Position numbers and translations under genes: made by a program. Shown piece by piece: positions 34,840-49,372 of a stretch of 64,000 nt of DNA. The notes beneath the pieces were generated by a model. That model did not search any database. It had not been told where the DNA came from and saw nothing but the letters and a program-made list of their open reading frames with translations. Each line of letters starts with the position of its first letter. Within the stretch, counting starts at the first letter, position 1. Origin of the DNA: Owenia fusiformis (taxonomy: Eukaryota); contig CAIIXF020000001.1 in NCBI GenBank assembly GCA_903813345.2, positions 12,028,001-12,092,000 of the forward strand, given 5' to 3'.

Positions 34840-35334
34840 TTTAAGCAGATTTTGCAACTTTCACAAAATTGTTGCAGGCCGAAACAAATTTAACAGAAAA
34901 CGTTAGAGCCACCGCCTCAACAAATCGTGGCTAAGCCACTGTCGTGTATGATTTTGTCTGCAAAATCAAATCAAATTATTGCATTTTGATTTCAGCTGGA
35001 ACTTCAAGAAAATTCTAATCTATTGGCTTAGCTTATAACCAGGCTGCAAACATATAAGAATAATAAGTAGCTTCAATCCCCTAATAAATCATCTGGGGAC
35101 TAGACTTCATTTAAATCTAGGAATAAGGTGATATTTTATGTCAAGTCACTCTGTTCTTTCAAAAAGCTTTTTCGCTTTAAGGGGATCTTATATACAATCA
35201 AATTGATGTTACATTAATGCATATTTAAGCAGAATAAAGTAGCCACTGCAAAAGACATTTGAGTTAATCCCTTTTCTTGAAAAGTACATTAAGTACAGTA
35301 AGTTCATGGAGGAAAATCTTCTTGTGTCACTTTG

Positions 35335-35508
35335 CAGGGGTTTCATTAGCAGCAGGCAACAGGGGATTTTCACTAGTTGTTTTCACAAAATCGCCTGTTG
35401 TTTCCAGGGGCTTTTCAACTTTTCCATGTTAAATTCATGATTTCTTTTAATATTGCCTGTTGTTTTCATTTATTTAGCCTGTTTTGAGAAATTTTAGTGA
35501 AACCCCTA
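35335..35508. mobile_element. MITE CAGGGGTTTCA.., 5-bp TSD
   Basis: CAGGGGTTTCATTA / TAGTGAAACCCCTA, CTTTG on both sides. Confidence 0.65.
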
Positions 35509-36680
35509 CTTTGTTAATTGTTATTGAATTTTGTAAGACACAGTCCCTCTGTTCCAGAATAAACTCATTGCCATTTTGTTATTGAGCCATCTGACTGCTT
35601 TCGTATGGTTTTAGTGACCAACAAACACTTTCAGTGTCATCCTTGTTGGTGACATCCTTTGTTTTAATATTAACCTGTGTTAGTGAACTCAAGTAGGCCC
35701 TCTGTAAGGAATTTCTCTAAATTTCAGTTTATCATGTTGTTTTGACTTCATATACAAATTGCATGTAAAGAACTATAGGTTTTATTATGTCACTACCACA
35801 AGTACTGTTATAGTCTCTTTTTGTGGATGGTGTTCAGCATTTGTTGGTTAGTATTCAGCAGTTGATATTTGGTATGTGTAACAAATGACAGGTGGTGACA
35901 TTTTGCAAACATACCTACAAAAACCTCTTCAGAACAAGGTTTTCTTCTCGATTTTCTATGGACATAATGGGTGGGAATATATAAATAGTGTATCTAGGGG
36001 TAGGATAGATATTTTCTGTATCTATCCCGCTATGGGTGAGGTCTGTTATGTCTGTTAAATGTCTGTTAAATGTCTGTTGGGTCCAGGATTTCTCCCTCTG
36101 GAATTATGTGTATCTCCCTTGGTCCCTGCAGTTCCTCGAGAAATACACATATTTCCCCCAGGATAAAACATGTATCCAAAACCCTCCAGTACGTTCTTAT
36201 CTATCTGAGCCAAGATTCTTAGGTATAAGATTATCACAGTAGGAACATTTATTGACTTAACATCAGGGACTCATTTGAATTAATGAGGAAGACTTGACCG
36301 CACGTTTAATTTCTCCTATAACAAAGTTTCCAATTAATTTATCTCTTGTTGTTTTTCCGGATGGTCTCCCCCTGATTGAGTCTGTTGATTGAGGCATTTA
36401 GAATTGTCTCTATAATCCATGCTACTGAATTAACCCACCATTGCCTCTCTCCTTTAAGTCAGTATAACTGTATTAAGATCGATCCAAATGAAGTACTTTT
36501 GATTAAAGTCAGATTTGACATTATTAATTAGGTTAAGGTTCATGTATTTTAGAGAACTGTCATGTAAATATGTAGAGCTATGGTCCTATTTTTTTTATAT
36601 GGATATTTACGTGATATTGTAAAATAGATAGATCAAAATATTTTGAAATGACATCTCTTGAAATTTTTGTTTGCATGATA

Positions 36681-37673
36681 CACAGGCAAATTACATCGGA
36701 TCTTGTACAAGCCTGTACGGAGCTCGTTGTGTCAACGGACCCTGTACAACCTCGTACCGGCCTCGTTACGAGTCTCGTAATTGCTTGTAATTTTCAAGCC
36801 TCGTAAGAGCATGTGATTACAAGGCCCGTAATAGCCCTTAATTTTCGAGCCTTGTACTTGATCGTACGGTGCCCGTAATGAGCCCCGTAATAAATCGTAA
36901 ATTTCGATCCCTGTTCTTGCTCGTACGGTGCCTGTTATGAAGCCCGTAATAGCTCGTAATTTTCGAGCCTTGTACTTGCCTGAGCGATGCCCGTAAGAAG
37001 GCCCGTAATGGCTTGTAATTTACGAGCACTGTAGTTGCCCGTATGATAATTGCTCGTTTATTTTGATGAACACTCTTTGATCGATGAAATAAAATACAGC
37101 ATACTTGAGAAATGACATTTCAATTATATCTAATTATGAATGAATATGTATTCAATAATTTCAAAATATTTGCATGTCTGTATCAACATGAAAAACAGTA
37201 TAAAAGCTACGAAACAAAATAAACAGGAATGTCACCAATAGGAGACACCATATTTCTCTACAGGTAAAGTAAATGCCTATAAAATCATTTACACGCGGTA
37301 TTGGAATAAATTGAAATGTGATGAAAATAAATGTCATTGTTATCGAATATCTGAAAAAAATTATCACTCTGAAATGATTAAGGATACATAACGTGATCCG
37401 GATAGATCATGTAGCATGACAGCTTATAACTTTTTTGTTCGAAGTTCGATAACGGGCCTCGTACAAGCTCTTACAGGCCTCGAAATTCCGAGCCTCATAC
37501 ATGCTCGTACGGACCTCGAAAACAACAATTACGAGCATCGTACGAGCTCGTACAGGCCTCGATAACGAGCTTCGTACGAGCCCATTCGAGGATGGTGCTC
37601 CTTTTTGCACGTTATGACTCGTAATTCTCGAGGCTCGTACGAGCTTGTACGGGGCCGATGAAATTTGCTTGTG
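36681..37673. mobile_element. EnSpm/CACTA-like non-autonomous element with subterminal short repeats
   Basis: CACAGGCAAATTACATCGG / CCGATGAAATTTGCTTGTG, TA flanks, many CCTCGTA/GCCCGTAA motifs near both ends. Confidence 0.7.
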
Positions 37674-39566
37674 TATGGTAAAATAAGGCATTTGAAAACA
37701 TGCAAAATGTCATCACCTGCCATTTGTTACAGATGCTAAACTCTGAACACCAACCAATGATCACCGATCAGAAAAACGTTGAAGACAATAACAATATGTC
37801 ACTACTTGTGGTGGTAACAACAGACTATAACAATATATCACACTTTTGGTAGTAACACAACAGACTATAACAATATGTTACCATTTGTAGTGGTAACATA
37901 AGCAACTATAAAAATACTTGTGGTGGTGACATGACATGATTTTGTTTCATAATTAAGCAAAAATGGCTCTTGTTTTATTATTAATTCTATAAAGGTCTTT
38001 TATGTATAAATCTAGAATTTCTTGAGCTGAGATGAGCTCATTTATATTTCTTAAAAGATAATAAAAAGGACCTTTGCTCTTCTGTGAACATTAAAGAGTA
38101 AGTCCCATACTAATGTCCTTAGGATTTCATACCTAGATGCTGTATACTAATTACAAATATGCGGCTTGGGAGTTCTTTGCACTTTTCTCATTGGAAATAT
38201 AATGACGTTTATTATAGGGTCTGCAATATAAGCTTTATGCATTCATGGAGAATGAATACGTGTTTAAGGAAGGTAATACAGAGTGGATGAGTCTTAAATA
38301 GTAGCTAATGAATATACTTTGCTAATGCTGTAAAACAAAAAAATTGACATAAAAACAAAACAAGATTTTCTGATTATTTCCATGGAAATAATATTCTACA
38401 TAATTTTTTTTCAAAAATTATTTTTATGTTATCCCCTGATTCCATGATACTGAAGTTTGTTCTAAGCTCTACATGTAATTTGAAGTAAATCCAACCAAGA
38501 ATTACTTTTTCAAATGTTGACTCTTTTTATGTCAGTTTTGTATGCTCTTCCATTATCCCATTAATAGATACTATTCCAAATTGTAGCATACAAATACTTT
38601 ATTAAAGCTGTGAAAGTAACATTTTTGATTTATGATACATCGATGAATAATAACTGTGAGAGAAAGCAAAACTAAATGGCAGTTTTGAAAGCTTTTCATA
38701 TTTACAGCTGAATTAAGCAATTACCACAGGATTTCATGAAAAAAGTCAAGTTTGTAACTAAAAATTTAGACGATTTTTGGTCACTACCAAGAACTGGTAA
38801 ATATTGTTATAGCAACCACTTTTGTGATCCATATTTTTTAGTATCTGTGACAAATGGTTACACTTTTATTATTGCAGCAAGGTTGTGATATTTTGTAATG
38901 CCATGTTATTTGTTATTATATTTAAGGCATCTAAAGCATCATAAAAAATATATTTGAAAAAAAGCTCTAGGGTATGTTCTATATTCATGAAATACAGAAA
39001 CAAATGCTTGAGAGATTGTCAATTAATTGCATTGTAATGGTACTTAGTATTAAATCATCCCCTGACACGCTGTCTCATTATATGAAACACAATATAAAAT
39101 TATGGTCATTTTTCTGTTTCATCACTCATGTTTCTGTCTTCAATTGACAAGTTATACCTGTTCCCCTCTATCATTATCCAACCAAGGGAGATTACGCATG
39201 CAAAAAATCACAATTGTTTTGTTTTAAATCCTCAACTACAGTCAACCATTGTCAAGAAAACTGAAAGAGTAAACATGCATATTTTTTCAATATAATAATT
39301 ATTGAGATGCTAGAAAATCAGGTGATTCATCACTTTTTTAGAGAAAGCTAGAGCTAAGTGTATATTTTAAAAGTGACATTTTAAACCTGATCAGATAGAT
39401 TAGCTCCTTACCTGTAGGCAATAATTACTTGGTGTTTCTGAGGATCTTGTTAACTCTGTATATCTCCCTGAGTCATAAACAATATAACCCAACACCTTGT
39501 ACTGAATCATGACACAAGTCATAACATAAGTCATAAATCTAAGGATGTCTTCAATACCTGCGATAA

Positions 39567-39941
39567 TACCTTTTGCATTCGTTTGACTTCACTTCTTAAA
39601 AGAGAGCTTCATCTTCACTCTTTCAAACTAAAAGAAACCTGTGAACTTACATACCGCGCCAATCAGTGTTCGTTGGCCAAATTTGACCGACGTTCTTTAT
39701 ATGGTCATTCCTTCTGACGTCATCATTGAGCCCAGAATCGACCAATGACATGCGCATATTTAATTAGAACGCATTTGGTGTATGTTTCTTCAAGCTCGCT
39801 GATTGGTGGAAGGTCAGCGCGTAGGTCAAAAGTGATTTACCCAAACTGTCACCGGTACCCGTCGTGAGGGCGGGGCTACTAAACTGTAATATGGTCTCTA
39901 CTAGGCAGAGTGTAGCTTAACTAGACTCTGCACGCAGGGTA
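39567..39941 (-). mobile_element. AcademH-like element copy 2 (family of 6031-6397)
   Basis: Reverse complement of copy 1; perfect TSD CTGCGATAA. Confidence 0.85.
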
Positions 39942-41901
39942 CTGCGATAAGGATTTGGACCCTTGAACCGAAGTAGTTCAGCAATGGTTGTTCAATGCTT
40001 TTTCATGAATATTTTTTTTCAATAGTTGAAGAAAACCATGACTTTTTCATTGATTCTTGAAAACATATTTCAACACCTTGATGTTCATCTTCAACCCTTG
40101 AAAATTAATTACGGTTTATTGTGATTTCAAGGCATGATGAAACTTGTTATTTATTAAACACACTGAAAATATAAGCCTGTTACAAAAATGGATTCATTTC
40201 AACAACAAAGTGCAGCAAATAGGATTCTGTTTCTTCAAAATCAACCAAGTCATAGTACAGTATATGATTCTCTATTATATTTTTCACACCCACATGTATA
40301 AGTGTACTTGCTTCTGGAAAACAAAGTTTTAGTAAACATAGAAGCTCTTGGGACAATACCATCCAAGATATAATTTTGCTATGAAAATGAAAACAATGAA
40401 AATGTTGCATTCTCACTTTTAACATTTCATTTGTGTCACAAATGAGAAATATGCCCCTAATGAGGGTCTACATTGCTAAACTTATTTTTCACAATAGAAG
40501 CAGTCATATTGATACTTTCGTTGGAGATAAAAATATGAAAGTAGATATATTGGTTCATTATAAAGAAAGAAAAGTTAATTATAAAAATGTCTCTGGCGAA
40601 AATATGTCAGCGGCACCTGACATAATTTACAATGAGTCGATAATTTAAAAATAAATATAAAAACAAATTGATCATTTCAGAGCCAGCTGAGAATTTCAGC
40701 CTCGACTTGTAAATTATAACATGATACTGAAATTCTGTTCAGTTGTTTTGAAGGCCTATGACGCAACACGGCATGATTGTCTTGTGTCTCTAAAGTAATT
40801 GAAACAAATATTTTGTGACTGACGCAATCATCAAAATTAATTTGCATGCTTAGACATGCGTCAGTGTAAAACTAATCTTCTGCTGGTTTAATGCCCTGGA
40901 TACAAGATGTTCTGCAAATGGCAAATAAACGTGTGTTTACAGGAGTTTAAGTAATTATGAAAACTAAGGTCTTAGTAACCTAAGTTAGATGTTTAGAATA
41001 CTGAACAAACATGTCATGAATCTTATAGAAAATTACACAAATCTGTCATTTACAGATGTACTTCAGATGATGACTTCTAGCTGCTAAGCTCATCCTAGGA
41101 AGATGATTTTCTTCAATTTTGGATTAGTTTTAACTTAGCTCCCTGAATTTATGTGAGGCTATAATACTATGTCTCTGTCCCTTTTTACTTCTGAATCAAT
41201 ATTTCAGATTTACTTCGACCGATGACTTGTTTTGAGATTATAGGCTGGGGTAATAGTTAACACAACATAAAATAATAGTTTTCTAAAAATTTTCCCTTGT
41301 GGTGCAAGCCGTGGGAAAAGCTGGAGTCAACTCGACTGAAAAATTATATGAATTCACTTCCAAAACAGTTTATCGTAGCTTTAATTAACACAAAGATCTA
41401 CATTAGATCATTATGTTTCTATATTCTTTAAATAAGCATTTATGTCATATATTTTCCTCTGTGAGCATCTAAAATTGGTTGTAATGATGTTCACTATAGC
41501 GACTCAAAACATACTTAAGTAAATCGCGATCATAGACACTGGAGTCCACATGATTATTTGAGATACTCAATGCAGCAATAACGTGACTCTACGATTGAAA
41601 ATGAGGGGTATAACAACTGAGAATGACAAAAATATTCCATCCCAAATTTGTTATTTCAAAGACAATTGAATGTCATTTAAATCCATTTGCAATTAAATGA
41701 TAAAGGTAGGCCTACTGGAGTAAATAAACTTAGTTAATTAACTTTTGATTGAACTGATGTACGACGTAAACAAGTCTAAAGGTTGTCTTCAAAGCCTAAC
41801 TTAATTATCAATTAATTGACAGCCTATCCTGAAAAACTTCTCTTAATGTAACAATCTTGGATTGTCAAATGTTAATCAATATGCCAAGGGATTTCCCGTT
41901 C

Positions 41902-42089
41902 CTGGCCTGTAGCAAGGGGGGTTCAATAAATTCGAGCGAACCCCGGCCAAAAATCCTTTCAAAATCATGCAGCTTTTCACTATTCTGAGCACTTTTTAAG
42001 TGATTTTGGCCATTTTTTGGAGCAAAAGTGAACTTTTCTGAAATCTTTTAAAAAGTGAACCCCCTTGGCAAAACCAGACTATAGGCCTG
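41902..42089. mobile_element. Diverged copy of the 30774-30972 MITE
   Basis: Shares TTCAAAATCATGCAG..TGAGCACTT..AGTGATTTT and degenerate TIRs. Confidence 0.65.
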
Positions 42090-43952
42090 AATTCCCCAAA
42101 AATTATTCTACGAGGGTCACCTTAAGATCTATATATTAATGTGCGCAGAGAGAAGAGAGTTCTGCTTTAGAATGATATCTATTGGGTTTGCAATTCTGAT
42201 GAGCAATTATCATAATTGTGCAAAGTGTAATTCTAATTGATCCCAGGGGAAATATGAAGAATGATACTGAAGTGAAATAAGGTATTCTCAAAGTGACAAC
42301 TAGATCCTTTGTCCATTAGCAATTTCAATATGCGATAAATAAAATGCCTCGTTGGGCTCTTTAGTTTGTATTATTTTAATTGATTAGTTGTCATTTGTAC
42401 ATCTACATTATACCGTATCTACATAAGGACTTTTTTGATTAGTGTCATTTTTATATTTTTATCATTGCATGGTTGAAACACAATCAGTGCTCTTTTATTA
42501 GGTGCGGAAGTCAAAATATCGCTTTCAAATTCTCATAATTTTCCAAATTGCCGTGTGGGCGTTTGTGGCCTGGTGCGGTTAATTCAATGTATCTTCTTAT
42601 ATAAAAGATTAATGAAAGTGGTGGATGTGGCTGAATCAGAATCCTATATGGGTCTATTAACGAAAAGGAACAAAAGAAAATTAATAACTTTAAAGGTTTT
42701 TGAAAGAGTGGTTTGCAGTTGTAACTATGATTGTAACTTGTCAAGCTACATCTTCTGCTTATTTCACTTGTATGTCCGTTGTCTGGCTGAATGGGTTTGA
42801 TGAGATTAACAGAGGTTCCTCATTCATTTGCATTTCAGTCCCTCTTTCAGAACAAAAAGTTGATTAGATTAATTCAAAAAGGTGACCATTTAGCCTGTCT
42901 TTATGCATGGATTCTATTGTCTTACTCCCCTAATTTACTGAAATTATCTCAAGTTTGAAGGTATTCTTATCTTTTTTGTTGTTCCTTGAGAATGAGATCA
43001 GTTCTTCCTTTAAAAATCTAAGATTGCTCAGGAATGCCCCCTTATAAAAAAAATGTTTTATTAATCTACAACTGTTTTTGAATGGTTATCAATGAAAGAC
43101 ATATCTGATTTACTATTCAAAATGTAAATGTGAAAAATGTCAAATAAGAAATCTATTAAGGCTTTATATTAGTCTGAAGAATGCTATTTTTCTTTTCTCT
43201 CTGAAAAATTATTTTCAAACTGAAATAATTATAATTGACTTGTTCATGGTTAAATACTTTCGACCAGTTATATTATGTGTTTAAAGTTCTTTATACTGTA
43301 ATTGAACAACAAATCCATGGTATGTAAGTTGCATTGTTGAAATCTGTGATATAATTCCAGATGATCCAGGGAACAATACTTTGACATAATTCCCAGGTCA
43401 GACTGAACTATAAATCTTGTCTCATAGAAGAAAGCCAGATAGTTGAATTGCAATATTATAGTGAATTGAATTAGAAATTCAGATTAGTAATCTAATCATA
43501 ACTCGCAGTTTTCTATTTCCCAGACCATTGGCAGAATATATCCTAGATTTGCAGAATCCTAAATTTTGATCAATTTTCTCAAGAGATCTCACAGAATCGA
43601 CAATTTTTCACAATATGATGAATAAGCCTTAACTCCGTCATTTTATGTTCATGTACAGTATTAGGATTTCAGTTGTCTAACAAGATGACGGTACTATGAA
43701 TGGGCGAGTAACGTTGCCAATATTTTTCATATTTGTCTGATTTTTCATTTGAAGTAGCAAGGAACTTCCAAATAATTCATGTAGAATGGGACGTTTCCTT
43801 GCAGAATCCACAATTCATCAATTTAGATGTCTGTTTTGTTCATTGGCACCTACTTATTCATTTAATATTCCTTAAATAACTCAAAGAACAATTCCAAAAA
43901 TAACTTTCCAAAAGTGACATCAACCTGAAAAGAAACTGCCTGAAACCAAAGC

Positions 43953-44090
43953 ACAGTAAAACCTGTGTAAGTAGAACACGTTTGGCACAAAAATGTTGTA
44001 TATTGCTTCATTTAACATTGAGTCAGTTTGTCTTGGAACTCTGAAGTGTCCCACTTATAAAGGTGTTCCAATTTACAGGTTTCACTGTAC
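43953..44090. mobile_element. Small Tc1/pogo-like MITE
   Basis: CAGTAAAACCTGT / ACAGGTTTCACTG-TA. Confidence 0.55.
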
Positions 44091-44642
44091 AGTATAATTC
44101 TTAATACATGTATAATAATGGACCATATTTTATTCATTTATCATCTTACTTGTGTTTCGCTGATGCTGAAGTCTTGTTCTCAAGCACTTAACAAATCCTC
44201 ACACAACATCCTATTCTAACAGGTGCCAAGAATGATAGGTGTAAACTCTACCTAAATATAGACAGGTGGTATTGAAGGTATGTGTGATGAAGTGCATGCT
44301 GCTAGGTTGGAATTGATTTCTTGAGCCAGAACATCAATGTTTATAGATCCCTTACTGACGGTTTGAAAAGATTCCCAAAGTTGTGGATTCCATCTTAAAA
44401 AACATCTATGTCTTTAAAGGTATTGAAATAATCAAATGAAATCACATTTAAAAAGTTGTGGCCCAAACAACCTCGAAAACACCAAGTTAAGTAAATGATA
44501 TATGGTACTATTGACATATCAAATATTGTAGTACCAAGCAAGCCATGTCGATCATCTTCACTAATTATACATTTCTAGATAATTGATGATATACTAGTCT
44601 GCCTTCAAGATGTTTTTTTTGGTCTGACATTCTTTATTCTAG

Positions 44643-44715
44643 TACCCTGCATGCAGAGTCTAGTTATAAAGACGAAGCTCTCTTAAGAAGTGAAGTTGAA
44701 CAAAAGCAAAGGGTA
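44643..44715 (+). mobile_element. 73-bp internally deleted copy of the 6031-6397 family
   Basis: Both termini retained; TSD TTATTCTAG/TTATTCTCG. Confidence 0.8.
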
Positions 44716-44972
44716 TTATTCTCGCTGATTCTCCAGAAAAATGAGTTTTACTATTTGAAACTGAAATGAGTAAAGATAGAGATGATACCATTGAGGGAAG
44801 AGGGAGGGGTATGTGTGGAGATTGGACCAATGCCTTAGGAGAGATAACATGTCAATGAAAACATGTCTGTAACAAATAGCAGGTGGTGACATTTTGCATG
44901 TTCATGCCTTGTTTATTTCTATTACAATATCTCGGATCTTGATTCACGAGGTTTCAGTTGCTATATATAGAG

Positions 44973-45530
44973 ATTATCCTATATGAGGTTCAGGATATTG
45001 GGATTATCCCGAGGCCAATATAATATATTTGCCCGAGGGCCGCAGGTCCCGAGGGAAAATATATTATATTGGCCAAGGGATAATCCCAATATCCTGAACC
45101 GACTATAGGATAATATGTTTATCCCATACCAATCTTGGTCATCTGGTTCACATTGTTCAATCGTGGAAATATTTAAGAATATTCATGTCCAGTTTTGTTT
45201 TCTTGGCCGTGGGCGGATTTTCCTGTTCCCTCAAATATTCCCACATTTATTTTCTCGAATTTTTTGATTGATTAAGTGGATGCTCCTTCCCTTTTTTAAA
45301 CCATCAAACAGATCCCGATTGTCTATGTTTTCTCCATTGTCGTTTACAGTCATTACGCGAACGTTACAAATTAGGAACAAATATGCGAGCGGCGATTATG
45401 ACGTAGCGGGCAGATATACTATATCTGCCCGCTCGGAGCGGGACGTAAAGCTATATCTGCCCGCTGATGAAAATATAAGTTTTTACAAACCGGCTTTATG
45501 TACCTGTAACACGTCCAAGTATGGGATAAA
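44973..45530. mobile_element. Hairpin-ended repeat (possibly a Crypton-type non-autonomous element)
   Basis: Palindrome of about 140 bp around CCCGAGGGCCGCAGGTCCCGAGGG, followed by a segment bracketed by TTTATCCCATAC / GTATGGGATAAA. Confidence 0.55.
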
Positions 45531-46485
45531 TCATTTTATCCACCTTGGAGGTCCAAGATGATATCTCCTGTAATATAAGATATCAGATAAGTCTCTGGAT
45601 TGTTCTTCTTGTCAGTATCGAATACTTACTTCATAGAAAAGCCAAGCTATATCTAGAGAGGCATAAAACACTGATAGGAACAAGAATACAATCTTGAAGA
45701 GGGCTACAAAATGAACAATTTCTATAATTTTAATGAAAATCGACCATAAATCTACCCCATAACACTTAAGTGCAGTAGTTACTCTTATTGGCTTTCATCT
45801 TTCTTTTCATTTGGCAAGTAAACCCTAGAGTGTCTCGAGTGGAATATTTGTAGTCTTGATATACTACGTATCCTCATAAGGTTACATAGAAACATGCTTC
45901 AATATCTCACCTTCCAGTTTTGTTATGTAACATATGTTCAGTTACATTTCTTTGAAGCATATTTTGGAAATAAAAACTTATTTGTGAGAAGTTACTGAAT
46001 ATCATATTTTCAGCTTAGCAATTGAATTTGTAAATAGTCATACAAATTGTTATAGCTTAAGAAATTAAGAGGATTTATGTTGTCATTGGTATCTTTTATT
46101 CATTGCTCTTGGAAATCATTTCTCAGCCATTTATTAAAAACAATTGTGATTGTTTTTATGAATACTTATTTCTTAAAATAGCTATAACATTAGAACATGA
46201 TTTTTCTGAATTTCTATCTTATGAGTGTTTTTATATATTTACTTGTAAGACAATTCTATTCAAGTGAAAGCTTTAAAAAGGTGAAATTTTGTTTATGGGT
46301 TCCCTCTGAGATAAGATATGAGGCATCTATAATGGATTACACCATTCTGTAGGTAAATAAAGTTGATTAAGAAGTAATAGAATAAAAGGCATTACTATTT
46401 CAGCTTCTTTAAATCGATTTTGTTATATACTGCAGAACAATGTTTTCCAATGTATAGACTGACTTCAGTTTTTTCAAAAAGGTCA

Positions 46486-46705
46486 AAAAGGTCTTTTCAA
46501 CTTGCTTCAAATTGACCATTTTTTTCAAAATCATCTACAAGTTATCAGAAGTTCAAATCTGACTTAAGATTTGACCTTTAATGACATTCTCAAGGTCAAA
46601 AAAAGGGAAAAAGGTATTTTTTCAACTTGCTTTAAATTAACCGATTTTTTTAATCAAAATCATCTGCAAGTTCTCAGAAGTTCACATCTGACTTAAGATT
46701 GAACT
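46486..46705 (+). repeat. Diverged tandem duplication (period about 123 bp)
   Basis: TTCAACTTGCTT..AAAATCATCT..CAGAAGTTCA..TCTGACTTAAGATT occurs twice. Confidence 0.7.
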
Positions 46706-49258
46706 CTTGATATTGTGAGCAACTTGAAGGTGGTAACATTTTGTTATATTGATGCCTTGTCATAATGTTGATTTGCCATTCACAAACATGAGATGTCAGT
46801 TAAATGTAACATTTTCAAATACAATATCTTAGTTTGTTGATAGTTGGACAACTTCCTTTAAGGCACAAACTTTTTTGCAATGTTTTCTAGCTATTAATTG
46901 TTCTAATGTTTACATTGTATTTTTTTAATGACCTTACTTTGGGTTTTTGCGCTAAATACTGTGGCATCTCCCAATTATAAATTCAATAGAGTCAGGAAAT
47001 AAAGAATTGTGTGAAAACTCTGTTCTGAAAAAGAAAGATAACTGGCGCTGATCTATGATCAATACTTGTTAGATAGCATTTCTCATGCTTGAAATATCAC
47101 TGGCTGTTTGTTTACTTCATACCAATCTTCTCTTAACTCTGAACGGATCACTTTTTCTGGTATTTTTGTAATATGATTTTCAGTTTTTCTATTTACTCCA
47201 TATCTTGGAAATACCATACTCCTCTTATATGATTTATTTCACATCTATATGCTTAATCACCCGAGATTTTTATCAGTAGGAGGATAGGCGTTATGTAGAA
47301 ATCAATTTGGTGTCACACAAGTAGATTTAGAAAAAATGTGATTTACTATAGACTTGATAAACTTTACATCATACCAATATATTACATGGAAAGTGAGTCA
47401 ATAGAGAATTCAATTACGCTTGCAGGAGAACACCATTTGCTTGGTTATTAGAAGTCCTCTTGGAATAAAAATGTAATCGTTAAATTCAAAAATACCAAAA
47501 ATGAGTAGACTTAGATTAGAAATAAATTGACTTGTAATAAACAGACATGTAATGAGAGCTCAAAATTGTGTTTTTTTCAGATAGGGAATTATGGGTACAA
47601 AAATGGTGGAGCACCCTTTTCCTATTTTTGGCAATTATGGTGACCCTAATGGAATCAATCACTTGTTTATGAAATCACACATCCAGACCACCTTTATATA
47701 TTCATGCTGCAGACTTTACTCAACTGAGCTATATTTGAAATTTGAATTTTGACAATTACTGTAAATTATAAATTTATATAAATAATCATGGCATTACAAA
47801 TTGTTTTAGAACATGACACGTAATTAGCTGAGGAAGTACAGGGATGGAATGTTAAAGGTAAATATTACTCGTTGGAATCGAGCCGCTAAAAACAATGTAA
47901 TAAAATCCTTTGATGCTGCAGTTTTATTGTTTTTAGATTTATCGATTAGCTCAGCGTAACTCATTTGTTTTATTTCTCAAGATTCTATATTAAACTGTCT
48001 CTAATTCATCTTTTTGTTATTTCGAAAGAGAGTTACATCTGAGATTTCAGACTGCTCTATGTTCATCCTCAAAAAATGACATTGGTATTTCGCATCAAGA
48101 GGAGATGTGATGATGAAGTAGGATTTTTACATCAGTAGAACATTTTGACATGTTCACGGCTGTCTTTTGAATTGTCAGCCATTTTGATCCATTATGTAAT
48201 TGTAGTCATCCATCTGGGTCTTCATTTAAGTGATTAATGTTCTGTCAGGCGCAAATGGAGAAAATGAGCAATATGTTTCACTTTTCAGTAGTCATCTTAT
48301 ATCAAAAATTCTGTGTAATTAAAATATACAGGAGAGGGTAGATAGATTGGATAGATTTTGTAGACAAAAATCATCAGAATTATAAAGAATATCAGCATGG
48401 TGCCAAAGAAGAGGTGAGGTAAACAAGGGTTGGTATGGTAACTCAATATTTTGGTAAGGAGGTTTTTGTGGCACACTGGAACTTTTCAGTTCAGTTGAAA
48501 AAAAGTTTAAATAAAAGATAAATTGTAAATGTTAGACAGAAAATTTATAAATATTTAGAAAATACCTATTGCATGGAGTATATTATTTTATTTGAGATAA
48601 TAAAACATCTGAGTTAAAAAAATAGTGAGATTTTCTTAGTATTTTTATGAAAAATAGCGTAATCCCCTCTTTATACCGGACAAATCTATCAATGTTTTGT
48701 TTACAGGGAAAAGGAAGCTATTAGCTATACTATACTACAATTTCCAATTAGTAGAACCTTGACTGTTTCATCTTCTTTACCTCTTAAAGGCACAAGGAGA
48801 TTTAATAAGGTATTTTTTCTTGATGAGAAAAAGATCAAAAGTGAGAATTACCTGACTGAAGGTACATGCATCTTACAAACGAATCACAATGATTTCTAAT
48901 CAGTTGACTAAGTTTCGTTTTAAATCATGAACCTATTGATATAACTTTGGGGTGAAACCATCCACAGACAATGATATTTGTAATATTATGACATGAAAAA
49001 AGTCTATAATAATAGATGTAAACTAAACATAACACCTGGGTATATATTTGATATTGAAAGAAAATCGAATTGTCTCACTCAATCCCACTCACAAAAATTA
49101 TATTCACCTCCCGGGAGTTTTTGCCGAACAAAGCTTCTTATTTTGTTTATTTGGGTCAATATAGAATGCTATAATGATGATCGTATGTGAGGGACGATAT
49201 TTTCCAAACAAAGTTGAAAATGGAGATTTTGAAGCTACAAAAGCCTATTAATGTCATT

Positions 49259-49372
49259 GTCACATTTGCTCCGATTTTTACTTCGACACCTGGCAGATTG
49301 AGTATTTTGTACAATTTTGAACAAAATTCTCATCGGCCGGGCACCGGTGCTGAAAATCGGAGCAAATGTGAC
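49259..49372. repeat. Short palindromic MITE remnant
   Basis: GTCACATTTGCTCCGATTTT / AAAATCGGAGCAAATGTGAC. Confidence 0.7.

Noticed and set aside
36838-37723. Arg-rich ORFs in the GC-richer repeats
   Set aside because: They arise from subterminal repeats of a non-autonomous transposon
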